Shown here in pieces: positions 23,823 through 35,927 of a stretch of DNA of 64,000 bases. Source of the DNA: Tubiluchus corallicola (Eukaryota; Animalia; Priapulida). The translations under genes and the position numbers were made by a program. The notes under the pieces are model-generated. The model was not told where the DNA came from. It worked only from the letters and a program-made list of their open reading frames with translations, and searched no databases. Positions within the stretch are counted from its first letter, which is position 1. The number at the start of each line of letters is the position of its first letter. Where the stretch lies: NCBI GenBank assembly GCA_030141605.1, contig JAQGDQ010000319.1, positions 206,596 through 270,595 of the forward strand. Direction: 5' to 3'.

Positions 23823-25789
23823 ATGTTGAACGACTTTGCAGCATTCCTTCTATTGTCTGTGATTAACGCAGCAGTAGCAGCACCAACAGCACCTGCAACT
23901 ACAACAATCATAGAAAGACCCATTCCTCTTTGGTATCAGCTGGGAGTCCCTTTTCATCTCACTCAGTTTACGGGAGCTGATTATCGTCGAGGTCACTTTT
24001 ACGATCCAACGAAGCCATTGAAAGTGGAGGTGGATTCCGGTCCAAAACAACCACCGTACATTGGAGGAAACTTTGGACTTGATCCACTTGGAAAGGTTTA
24101 CAATCCATATAACTCACCTCCACTATCGTATGGAGCAGGAAAAGGCGTCAGTCTTGCCGACTTTGCCGGTTTTGGACGCCCGGGTATTGGAGATTTATTT
24201 CAAGGTAAGACAACATACGAAAAGGTGCTTGTCACGGTATTACGTAATATCGTTTAATAATTTATTAAAACGATGTGAATTACATGCTGTTGTTGTAATA
24301 CTATAATGCAGTGTATCCCAAACTTTCTCGGACCGTTACCCAAATCGGGAAACCCGGTCGTGTCCGTTACCCCCCACCTAGTACTACTTCTCCAACTCAA
24401 AAAGTAAACACACGTATATGCCACATGTGATGGAATGATGGACCCCATGACACAGTGTTGCCTGCCGGAGGCAGTCTCTTCAAGAAGAAAACTACGTAAA
24501 ATGCATTCCGAGCGAAGTTTTAAAAATTAACGGTGCCCGTTACCCCCCCCCCCTAAAAAAACCATATTACCCCCGGGGGTAATTTACCCCTACTTTGGGA
24601 ACCACTGCTATAATGTGACAACTTTTCTCAAATTAACTGGCAATTAACGACATCCCTAATTAAATTAATGACTGAACGTTAATAAACTTTTGCGGTTTAT
24701 TTTGCAAAAACTGTTACCCATTACGGGTAATGAGTTGAAGAAAGAAAAACGCTGAAAAAACTGTGAACCAGTCGGGATTCCTAGGCCTAATCATAGGTCT
24801 CGGGTTCAAATACCGACTGGTTTACAATTTTTCAACGTCTCGTCTCTTGTTTCAACTCATTACCAGCAATGGGTAAAAATGTTGAAAATAAATTGCAATG
24901 GCTCATCAAAATTCTCGCATTTACAGTTATAATCTAATTAGTGATAAAAATCTGTGGTAAATAATCCATATATTTATAACCAATGATGGAAATCACTTGA
25001 CATTAAATTCTGTTTTTTATCTCTTGTAAGATAGTATAACTGTACTACATTTAAACTCCAGAACATCAAATATGTTTAATATGCAGCAATTGTCGTTTTA
25101 TCTGTAATAATAAATTACAGCAATAAGTTTTTAGCGAAAAACATAAGTTTGATAAAGGTACATTACTAAATTAGGTAACGTGATTTTCGTCTATAATTAT
25201 ACAAAAAAATAACAGCGAAATTGTTCTAATAGCATAAAGCAGTTCAGTAAACATAATTTGACACTTACATGTGGTCTCCCTGAGTTTTGGCACTTATAAC
25301 TTGCAAAAAAAACAATAGAAATCAACTACAACATTCACATCGTATCAATTGAATTGCATGTCAGGTAATGTCTACCTGGCCAACTACCTGGTCACATGAC
25401 TGATGACAGTTAAAGGGGCAAGACCAAATTTACCAGGTAGGGAAACGGGCATGCACATAACAATAACTTACTTTAGAACAGACCTTTTTATCATTACTTT
25501 GTAGAAAATTCAAATTAAATTGGAACTTTGTTTTGTTATCCAAAATTTAAGCTTTTATTTTTTCACAGATTCCAACTGCAAACTGCCGTGTCAAAATGGC
25601 GGATTCTGCAACGACTATGATCTAGTTCAAGTTTGCGTCTGTCCGCTCAATTTTGGTGGAATTCTTTGCGAGATCAACAAAGATGTCGGCTACGGTGTCG
25701 AGTCTGCAGTGGGTCCTCTGAGGGTGGTTGCAGAAGCAGCGGTTGGAGGCGGTTGGAGGAGAGGACGTAGAAGTGGAAGGAGGGGTTAA
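23823..25789 (+). CDS. Small secreted protein (~200 aa) with a G/P/Y-rich region and one C-terminal EGF-like domain
   Basis: join(23823..24204, 25569..25789), phase-1 intron caag|gtaaga...cacag|at, 603 nt in frame. Signal-like MLNDFAAFLLLSVINAAVAA; EGF CKLPCQNGGFCNDYDLVQVCVCPLNFGGILCE; AATAAA at ~25811. Probable upstream exons ~22330..22389 and 22744..22898. Confidence 0.8.
24309..24607. mobile_element. hAT (Charlie-like) MITE
   Basis: TIR cagtgtatcccaaa / tttgggaaccactg; 8-bp TSD ctataatg on both sides; second copy at 37228-37450. Confidence 0.9.
24652..24945. mobile_element. Palindromic (fold-back) element with a tRNA-B-box-like centre
   Basis: Arms align as reverse complements, e.g. ttacccattacgggtaatgagttgaa...aaccagtcgggatt vs aataccgactggtt...ttcaactcattaccagcaatgggtaa. 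The central ggttcaaatacc resembles a Pol III B box. Confidence 0.6.
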
Positions 25790-26285
25790 TCGAAGTCATC
25801 AAGTTTTGCAAATAAAGTGATTAATCGACTTTGATGCACTTAACTGTGATAGACGTAAATTTAAGTTATTTACGTTTTTTTCTATTTCTTAGCACAGTGG
25901 AATGTGATAGCGATACAGGCAAACGGAAATACAGGATCTTACAATTTTAACTCATTATGAATTATGTCAATTTATGTATTGTTACTGTAACTTTATGCAT
26001 TAACATGGAAAAGTTAGAGATGTGAATGACAATACTTGTTTTAAGTGCAATTATTTTTACTCTCCTTTATATAGCATAAGGTGCAATTCTTACATCTGCA
26101 AATGTTTTTATTTAATTTTAAATACGTAAACTAATTATTTATTTATTTATTTTGTAAGCACTCTACATGTAGTATTTATTAATGCTTTAAAAAATTGTGT
26201 ATCTAATAGACTTTGTTCGAATAAATACCCGTGATTAGCGAATTTTGGAATTATCAAGTGAATTTTTGTCAATGTCAGTTACTAA

Positions 26286-26981
26286 GGGCGCGTTCAGACT
26301 ATGGAGTTTTTTAGCCGAGTTATACGTAAGCTTGTTCACACTAGAGAGAAAAACTAGAGAGAAAAGCTCTAGTGCGAGCTGACACTCAATTCTCTGTTCA
26401 TTGCAAGAAACTCGCCAAGTAACTCGGCGAGGCGTTCACACTAGACAGTAACTCGCAGGAAATCAACTAACAGCAACTGTTGGAGAGCTTGCAATAAGCT
26501 ACCATCAGTAACTCGCCGAGGCGTTCACACTAGACAGTAACTCGCAGGACATCAACTAACAGCAACTGTTGGAGAGCTTGCAATAAGCTACCATCAGTAA
26601 CTCGCTGAGGCGTTGACACTAGACAGTAACTCGCCGAGGCGTTCACACTAGTCAGTAACTCCCGAGGCGTTCACACTAGACAGTAACTCGCCGAGGCGTT
26701 CACACTAGTCAGTAACTCCCGAGGCGTTCACACTAGTCAGTAACTCCCGAGGCGTTCACACTAGACAGTAACTCGTCGAGGCGTTCACACCAGGCAGTAA
26801 CTCGTCGAGGCGTTCACACCTGGCAGTAACTCGTCGAGGCGTTCACACCAGGCAGTAACTCGTCGAGGCGTTCACACCAGGCAGTAACTCGCCGAGGCGT
26901 TCACACGAGGCAGTAACTCGTCGAGGCGTTCACACCAGGCAGTAACTCGCCGAGGCGTTCATACTAGACAGTAACTCACCG
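26286..26981. mobile_element. PIF/Harbinger-like non-autonomous element carrying an internal 29-bp tandem array
   Basis: Starts taa|gggcgcgttcagact. Tandem unit ggcgttcacactagacagtaactcgccga spans ~26420-26980. A related fragment at ~38320-38553 ends in the complementary ctgaacgcgcc. Confidence 0.6.
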
Positions 26982-27321
26982 GGCGCAAAGTTTCATGGAA
27001 ATCGGTTCAGTAACTAATTTTTGCTAACGAAAAGAAAAACAAAACGAACAAACAAACAGACAAACAAACGACGATGAGAAAACATAACTTTAGGGGAGCT
27101 AAAAATTAGAAATAATTTCATAGCCCCTGAAACTCATAACAAACGTTTACAGAATTTTAACTAGTTATTTTATTCACACATTTTCTCTGTTGGTGTAAAA
27201 ATTGTTTTAGATGAAATAAATTTGTGTACTTTATATACGTTTAGCTTTAGATACACTTGATATATAAGAATCTCAAACTGCTTTTAACTTTTGGCACACC
27301 TTTTAATTTTGTAACTAAACC

Positions 27322-27848
27322 AACGCCGGTTCTCGCCTGATCACCGAAGTTAAGCAACGCAGAGCCCGGTTAGTACTTGGATGGGTGACCGGCTAGGAAT
27401 ACCAGGTGCTGTAGGCTTGCGGGATGCCCACACTGTATCTCGACACTAGGCGGAGGAGCTGTACAAGCAGCCAACGGCTAGAGGGCGGAGGAGGTCAAGT
27501 GACCCAACAGCCATGTGTAGAGGAGTAAACCTTCCAAATCGGGAGTGGAGCCCCGAAAGCGGACCAGTGCAGCATGCTCACTCACTCCTGCAGGCAATCT
27601 GGTGCCAAACGTATCGCTCCGCTTTCCAATGGACTACACCAGGGAGGAAGAGAGGGGGTTCCTGTTGTCTGGGCAACTCAGGATCTCCATACACTTTGCC
27701 CAGGCGTGCGCCCTGGAGACGTTCAAGGATCGGACAGCTCAGCCACAGTCGACGCTGCAGCTCCATCAATGTGATCAATAACTGACTCTCTTGGCGCACA
27801 CTCCACTGTCTTCTGAGACAGAAGGATGCCAACCAACCAAACCAACCA
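27322..27848 (+). mobile_element. 5S rRNA-derived SINE, 5'-truncated second copy
   Basis: 5S segment ccggttctcgcctgatcaccgaagttaagcaacg...ggatgggtgacc...gtaggctt (to 27418), the same body as 13398-13930, and a (CCAA)n tail. Lies just past the guanylate cyclase stop codon, antisense to it. Confidence 0.88.
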
Positions 27849-27879
27849 GTAATGGAAACATCGTAAAAGTTACATATCA

Positions 27880-29471
27880 CTACAAAATCATACAAGTAAC
27901 ACTATTCTTTTTTAATCTACCTCTAACGCTCTGTCTGGTGTGATTTTTGACTGGCAAGCATCCAAACCCTTTCACAATACCAACTTGAACAGGTTTGGCA
28001 TTATTTGCATTCGAGTTAGTAGTGTTATTCTTGGATGAATTGTCTGTGGTTGTGATCTTCTCTCGAGCAGTAGCGCCTAGCGAGTGATTAGCGCATTCAC
28101 CGCCAGATGGCTTCTCGTCTATATGGCTGTCCGATGCGTTGCTGGGTGGACGGGATATGTGAGGTGCTAGGCGGCACCCCGTCGTGCTGTATTGACGTAA
28201 AATAACGGAATCACCCTCTACAACTATGGCGTCCATTGGCAGGGGGGGCTGAAAAATATAGATATCATCACAGTGTTGACTTTTGGTTAAAGGTCCTATC
28301 ACACTATTTTTTATGTTATTTTCTATTATAGCATAGGCGGAGTTATATGTTTCCTAATTTTTAAAACAGTTTTGATGTATGCTTTCATGTGATATGGTAA
28401 GTTAAATTAAGCGTTGGTACAGTCGCAAATATTGTCACCCGCCATGACACTCAGCACTGTGACGTCACGTAAGTACCACTGCACTCTTCCTACATATAAA
28501 TACAGCGAGAGTCACACATGCGCAGTGCCATTCCTAACGGGACGTCACTTCCTCTTTCTTCCTCGATTTTTCGTTTTTCGCAAGATGTCTGTACTACGCT
28601 GAATTTGAAGTGTTTCAATGCTAATCAAAGCGAAACGAGCAAGTTTAGATAAAAATGTTATAAAAAAACAAGAAATAATTACATTTTGAAAAAATATTTT
28701 AGCCGCTTTTGCTTTTTTCTTTATCATTTAAACACTAATATGATTAGGGGAACGATGACCGCCTCATATTAGATTAATAATTCTTACCACGTCAGCTAAG
28801 GTAGCGCCTCCTGGACTTTTATTTCGTGCCGTATCTGATGACCTTGAAGAAGCTGAATCCACTCGCAGAAGCTGTCCTTGCTCTTCTATGAAACTTATTT
28901 CTGGTTTCTGAAAATCCTGCTTTGTAACAAAGAAGCATTCAATAGACGGGGGTACCGACTTGGGATTTGCCTCAAACGTGTATCCGTTCAACTGTAGACA
29001 TCTGTAAATTAAACGCGTCTACAAAAATGATTTGCTAACAATTCAAGATATTTTTAATTTTAAACAGACATCGACCCCATTGTACAGTCAAAATTGATTG
29101 CAAGAAACAATTTTATGTTACCGTTTAATTAAGAATAGCCTTATTATTTGATAAAAATAAAAATGTCAAACAAAAGATTAAAATAAAAAGTTGGCTACAT
29201 TATACTCGATTAAATTTAAATATGGTTGTACTGTAGATGTAAACGAAAATGTAAAATTAAAGGTTAAGAACTCATTTAAAGATTATGTTTTAAGATATCT
29301 ATTATAGCTCCTTACAACACTGTATACAGTAAAATAATTACAAGGGAACTACAATGTGTGGTTGTTATAAAGTTGAATGTCTGTAGATATGTTACTTTAC
29401 TAACATCGCATTACCTGTTTTACTAACATCTTTATCTTTGTAAACTGTATATTTCTATACGAAATAAACTC

Positions 29472-29508
<37 letters not shown>

Positions 29509-29524
29509 TAATAATAATATTATT

Positions 29525-29620
<96 letters not shown>

Positions 29621-32600
29621 GAAAATGATGATGATGATGACGATGACGATGACAATAATAATAATAATAATTAATACCTGCGACAATCAGCACTAATGTT
29701 GACCCGCATCGGCAAGCTGTTCTCTTCCACTTTGTTTGCTATGGTTCTCGCGTGACCAAAGAGGCAATATTTTGGCATGTTGAGACCAACTATTCCAGCT
29801 GCTACGGAACCGGAATGAATACCGACTCGTAACTACAGAAAGGCATAGAAAGGTAATAGTTTTATTATTATCTTTAAAAACACACTTACAGGTTTGCTTG
29901 TAATTGTAAGGGTCTAATAAAGTTAATAACAATGAAAACCAGGAGACAGTTTCGTTAAAGGAAAACCGGATGATGTGTAAACATGAGTTCAGAATAAAAA
30001 ATGCTCTAAAATATTGAAAACTACAATAGCTTATTTTAAATCAAAGCTTAGATTAAATAATGATTACCTCGGATACTCAAATTTCGTTAAACTTTCAAAG
30101 CTACGCGCAGCTCAGTGAATCTACTAAGACTGGCAACGGCGCCTTTTTTGTCACATTCGCGTGGCTGACAAATAGAAGGCGATACCGTTATACCGTTTAT
30201 AACCATGATTATGAACTGCAGTGTTAGTTTCTGACGTCATATGACGTAGAGTCCATTTTCGTGACATCATGCGTTTAAGCAGTACTGTAACACTCACGCA
30301 AACGTGCTTGACGCGCAAGGGGAGATGCCTACCATTGCACAAACTGTGGTTAGCTTCTGACGTAAGCAATAACTGTGTTCGGTTGCCGTTAATTAACCTT
30401 CTAAGCTAATTATTCAAATATAAGGAACAATTGTTAACTTTTTTAGGCAAGAAAACGTATATTTTGCACAGTAAATTAAAATGAGATTGAGTCTAAACAA
30501 TCCTCCGGTCTTCCGTTAAGTTAGAGACTTGGTTATTGCGGGTTTAGTGACAAATTCATCGAAACATTTAAAACCTAGTTGCAGTTTTTATTAGCATCAA
30601 CCACATTTTATATACGAACAAAGTTACATCGTGCCCTGAACAGCCAATGAGAGTGTTGGAAAAGTAAGCAAAACAAACACAAACACATGAAAACAAACAC
30701 ATAGACACACGATGCTGGAACTACGCTGTTCGATTTTTTTAAAGTGAGTAGACGATTGTATGAGTGATCGTACTTGAATGTATGAGTGATCGTACTTGAA
30801 TGTATGAGTGATCGTACTTGAATGTATGAGTCATCGTACTGGAATGTATGAGTCATCGTACTTGAATGTATGAGTCATCGTACTTGAATGTATGAGTGAT
30901 CGTACTTGAATGTATGAGTCATCGTACTTGAATGTATGAGTCATCGTACTTGAATGTATGAGTGATCGTACTTGAATGTATGAGTGATCGTACTTGAATG
31001 TATGAGTCATCGTACTTGAATGTATGAGTAATCGTACTTGAATGGAGTTTTCATCAACAGGCGATAATATTTCACTACACGCAGCCACCATCCCCATTCC
31101 TAGTGAAACACTCTGGTCAGCGTGAGTTTCTGTGGTCATCACTAATCCAGCCACCGCCATGTATGCGTCTCCAATCGTTTCTACCTAAACAAGTTTATGT
31201 TTCGGTTTAAACATAATTTATTGAAGGTGTAACATCTAGGTTCGAAACAGACAGTTTTACAACTGATATATGTTTTTCCCTAGTGGGAGCGAAATGCTAG
31301 ACAGATGCAGAACAATGGTGACCACAATGTACGAGAAATATTGCAATAAATATGATCATTACTATGTAACAAGAGTAACAAAGTCAATACTATTTAAAGC
31401 ACTTAGTGTTTGAAATAAAAGACTGCAGTAAAACAAAAATTTGAGTGTTCACATAGTTATCTAGGGCATGGTTCACATGCAGGAACAAACGTACAAGTTC
31501 ATTTGTTGCAAGACTGTAAACATTGAAAGCAGAGATTTGTAAATAAGTCGTGTCTGACCTGGTGATGAAGTTTATGTTTTCAGCGATGTTGATACTTAAA
31601 TCTTAAACTAAACAATTGACAATTGAGATAACCATACACAGAAATACATATTTTCAAATATGTATTTGAACCAGCTTTTAATTTGTTTTAGTGCAAAAAC
31701 GCGTTTTCCGGATGGCTGGGTGATTGAAAATGAATTTAAATTGATTAAAAGCATTAATTAGCTACCTTGTAGAGATCGTTGATTTGGCAGAGTGTGTCGA
31801 AGTAGACATACATTTTGTTCAGCAGCACCACAATGTCTATTGGCTTCACGCTCTCAGAACTACACATCGCCGTGAAGCCAACAATGTCAGAAAACAGAAT
31901 CGTCACAAGTTCAAACTGATCCGGCTCGACGACGCTATGGGCCAACAGTTTCCCCACGACAGGAGACGGCAGAATTTGCTGAAGCAAAGCCTCGGTGCGA
32001 AGTTTCTCGAACTCCAACTGACCACTAAGAATCCTCAATTCGTTGTTGGCTTCTTCCAAGCGTTCCATGATCTGTCTATCCATCCTTCTGTCGTGGCTGA
32101 TCAGAAGCAAATCTCTTACCTTGTCGTGTAGAGGAAAGTCGCTCAGATGAAGCCCATTTCTAAGGAGTTCATCAAGAGAATTCATGCGAGGAGAGCAAAG
32201 AAACAGGACGCAGTCTACCTCCTTGAGGAAGACCATTTCTCCCTTGAGACGAAGAAACGTCCGATTCGACGGCGCGTCTTGGTTACCTGTTTCTTGTGAC
32301 TGAAAGCAACATTTTTTTAGCTCGACAACAAAAACAGCATGACTGTGCATAATCATGGACTCAAACATGCCGTCTGAACGTGGTCGAACTATGGTACAGA
32401 CTTCTGAGAACAAGACACGCTTTAAGGACTCCCGAGATCCCACAATGAGACGGCTGAAATAAGTCCCAGCTTGAATTATTTCCATATTACGATTGACAAT
32501 GAAAGAGAAAGGGAAGATTTGGTTGAACACGTTGATATTCAGACACAGATCTTTAGGATCACTTGTGGGAAAGGCTATAGAAGGCCCGATAGATTGGAGT

Positions 32601-33763
32601 AGACTAGAAGACTTCTCGTCAGATGAGTTTGGCAATAACGAGGCTTCTCTTTTTGAGGAAGATGCATTTTTGTCTGACTGTTCTTGCTGGATTCGAAACA
32701 CTACGTGGTTTTCAAATTGCGACAGATCAGGCACCACGGATATGGAAACGGTTTGATGAAAGAAAGCATCCGCCACGTATTTAACCATTCCCGTAACGAT
32801 GGGATGTAGTCCTTTTCTGGAACTAAAATAATGAAGAAGAAGAGATCCGTCTTGATCTTCATCACACCTGGAGAAATGAAAAAGAGAAAGCCCTTAATAA
32901 TTAATTTACTTTAGTGCAAAGTGATTAAGAAAATGTTATCAATGCTGCTGCCATTGTCATTGCCATGACCGACATCAACACCACCTCCTCCACCACTGTC
33001 AATGTCAACGCCAACACCACTATCACTACTACTACTACGCCTCTGCCGCTGACACCACCACTGTGACCGCCAGCCGCTGGCACCACTGCCACCACTGCCA
33101 CTCTCGCCACTAGAACCACCAGCATTAACATGAACATAACTGACACAAATACTCCCGCAACCATAATCATCAACATCACCCTCAAGTACACAACCGCCAA
33201 CACACCATCATAACCATCGCCAGCGCCATGGTCGACCATCACCATCATCAGCACCAACACCACAACCACCAACACGATCATCACCAACACGGCCACCGCC
33301 ACCACCAGAGATTGTGAACAAAAAATTTTATTTGCCGTATCTAACTTATACCCCAACAAAGTGACGCAAAAGGTTAGATAAAAATGCGTGGAGTTTGTGC
33401 AGATCAAAATTAAGCGCGCAAAGTTGTGGTTTATGGTACGGTTTGTGAAATGACAAAAGTAAATAGTGTGTCAAGAAGAAAGTGTTTAACCTGAATGATG
33501 GAGCACGCATCATTGAATACTGACTCTCCAAATGATCGTGTAGGGCGTCTAAATTGTTAAGGAAGTCCTTCAGATTTCCACTAAGAACTCGCAGTATTCG
33601 ATCATAACCCATCTCTATGCAGTAGGGAACAAAGTGTTTCCCGAACGCTTCCAGAGTTACTTCTAATGGGATGTCTGGAAGACGAATTTAAGTTTGTTCA
33701 CAATAATACAACAAGTAGCAACCGTTTTATAGTTTTGATTTTCATATTACTATACTGCTGTTG

Positions 33764-33848
<85 letters not shown>

Positions 33849-34489
33849 CACTACTACTACTACTACTACTATTAGAATGTTTTTATAACATTCACAGGGA
33901 CCAAATACGATGATATCAAATACGGCCATTTTGATTTTGATAATTACCGTGGCTTATTAGAACAAGCTCTTGTGCTTACCTGGCTAGGTACAAAGCAACC
34001 ACTTGGCTATTTATTGTGCGCTCGGTGGATATAAAAAAAATCTGAATTTCACTCACCTGTTACTTCAGCTGTTGCCACAACAAACTGCATTGTTACTGAG
34101 TCGTCATACTTTCTGTGTAAAAGAAACGTCCCACCTTGCAATTCTATGCCACATTTTTTCCTAGAACAAGATCAAGCAAACTACTTCTGTAAAAAAATAA
34201 CTAAAAAGACTGGCATCTTGTACAAAAGTGCTGACCAGTGGTCACAAAAGTGGCTTACACATTTTACTGTCTCCTGTGAAGTCCTGACTAACGACTTTGC
34301 CCTGCTCTGTCTATAATGGTGTTTCAAAGCACATTCTCAGGTAATGATACCAAAAAATTATATTTAATATGTAAACATTTAACATATCATATTCAGTTTA
34401 GTTATTATAACTTACAAAATTAAATTCAGAGCTTCTTCTCCGAAGTTTTTCCCCACCATGGATGCTAGACAGCCGTGTATGAATCCATA
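27880..34489 (-). CDS. Soluble guanylate cyclase subunit (H-NOX, H-NOBA/PAS, coiled coil, cyclase, CaaX tail), ~783 aa; initiator ATG in an unresolved upstream exon
   Basis: Exons complement(34416..34489, 34057..34160, 33491..33674, 31766..32867, 31038..31184, 29678..29832, 28788..29001, 27880..28248), all GT-AG with compatible phases. Motifs: [84 protein letters not shown]; C-terminus CMIL*. Confidence 0.93.
29472..29672. repeat. (TAA)n/(GAT)n microsatellite in an sGC intron
   Basis: Direct reading. Confidence 0.95.
29959..30515. mobile_element. Kolobok-type non-autonomous element
   Basis: ttaa|aggaaaaccgga ... tccggtcttccg|ttaa; second copy at 42335-42885. Confidence 0.8.
30757..31043. 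repeat. 22-bp minisatellite, about 13 copies, overlapping an sGC splice donor
   Basis: Unit tgaatgtatgagt(g/c)atcgtact; the minus strand contains ATTCAA|GTACGA in each unit. Confidence 0.95.
33765..33871. repeat. (TAC)n microsatellite
   Basis: Direct reading. Confidence 0.95.
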
Positions 34490-34499
34490 CTGCAAAAAC

Positions 34500-34702
<203 letters not shown>

Positions 34703-35138
34703 ATTAAACTATCTGATTAATACTTGTGATTAAACTATCTGATGCAGTTCTATTGTAAATTAATTATGTAAACGGTGTAACAAAGAAAATCCTACAAGTC
34801 CTATGCTAGGGGAGCATTCAATATTTGTTTTTATTTTGTCTTATTTGTTTAGCAATAGTGACCTAATTATTATAATAGATAAAAAAGTGTTTGCCATGAT
34901 AAAGTTGACACTATTCCATCATAATCTGCTACAAACATTGAAATCCTGGTCGCAGGGACGTGCCGTAGTGTCTCTGTATATACCGCTAAATTAAACGCAC
35001 ACGCGATGTTGCGTGTTTGCTCATATTGCGCAATGTGAATGATCTTTGGTATTGTTCGCGCCTGTTTGTTACACTGACACATTAGTTCCAAAATTGTTTT
35101 TGTTGTTTGCGATAATTGTCATTGTTTTTATTATTACT

Positions 35139-35376
35139 ATTGTTATTGTTATTGTTATTGTTATTGTTATTGTTATTGTTATTGTTATTGTTATTGTTAT
35201 TGTTATTGTTATTGTTATTGTTATTGTTATTGTTATTGTTATTGTTATTGTTATTGTTATTGTTATTGTTATTGTTATTGTTATTGTTATTGTTATTGTT
35301 ATTGTTATTGTTATTGTTATTGTTATTGTTATTGTTATTGTTATTGTTATTGTTATTGTTATTGTTATTGTTATTG
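35139..35376. repeat. (TTATTG)n microsatellite
   Basis: Direct reading. Confidence 0.95.
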
Positions 35377-35877
35377 ATATTGATATTGTTGTTGTTGTCG
35401 TCGTCGTTGCCATTGTCGTTGTCGTTGTCATCGTCGTAGTAGTACGAATGCTCTGATTATTTTTTCAAACTTTTCAAAATGTTATCTAAACTTGTTTCAA
35501 ATGACTTATCGTCAAAATGGCTGCGTCTAACGGTCATCGCGGGAGTTTATACATGTTTTATACAGCGTTACCGCAAATTGAACCCCTGTATGTAAGTGGT
35601 GTAAAATTTCAAGACGATTTTTAAGCTTTATGAATGGTTTTCTTGTGCTTTAAATAAATTGCCACATCTGAAAACAGATAGGCGCAATCGATATTTCGTT
35701 TAAAGGGAAAAGATTCTAAACAAGTGAAGTTAATTTCTATATACAGGCGTAAATTGTCCTGCAGGCTTTCCTCACTTAATGATATAGATTTTTAGTTTTA
35801 TAAGTCTGTGTATTAATCTGCACGTATTGACGGGTAGCAGACCGAGTGCTGAACTTATGCTGAACAAATACGAAATA

Positions 35878-35927
<50 letters not shown>

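Noticed and set aside
26985-27100. Helentron/HINE-like fragment, plus hAT-like fragments near 3060-3135, 4540-4722 and 50620-50705
   Set aside because: Suggestive motifs only; paired termini or TSDs could not be established.
32925-33407. 160-aa hydrophobic ORF resembling a membrane protein
   Set aside because: Low-complexity CAC/CAT-rich sequence inside an sGC intron; the flanking exons join in frame without it.
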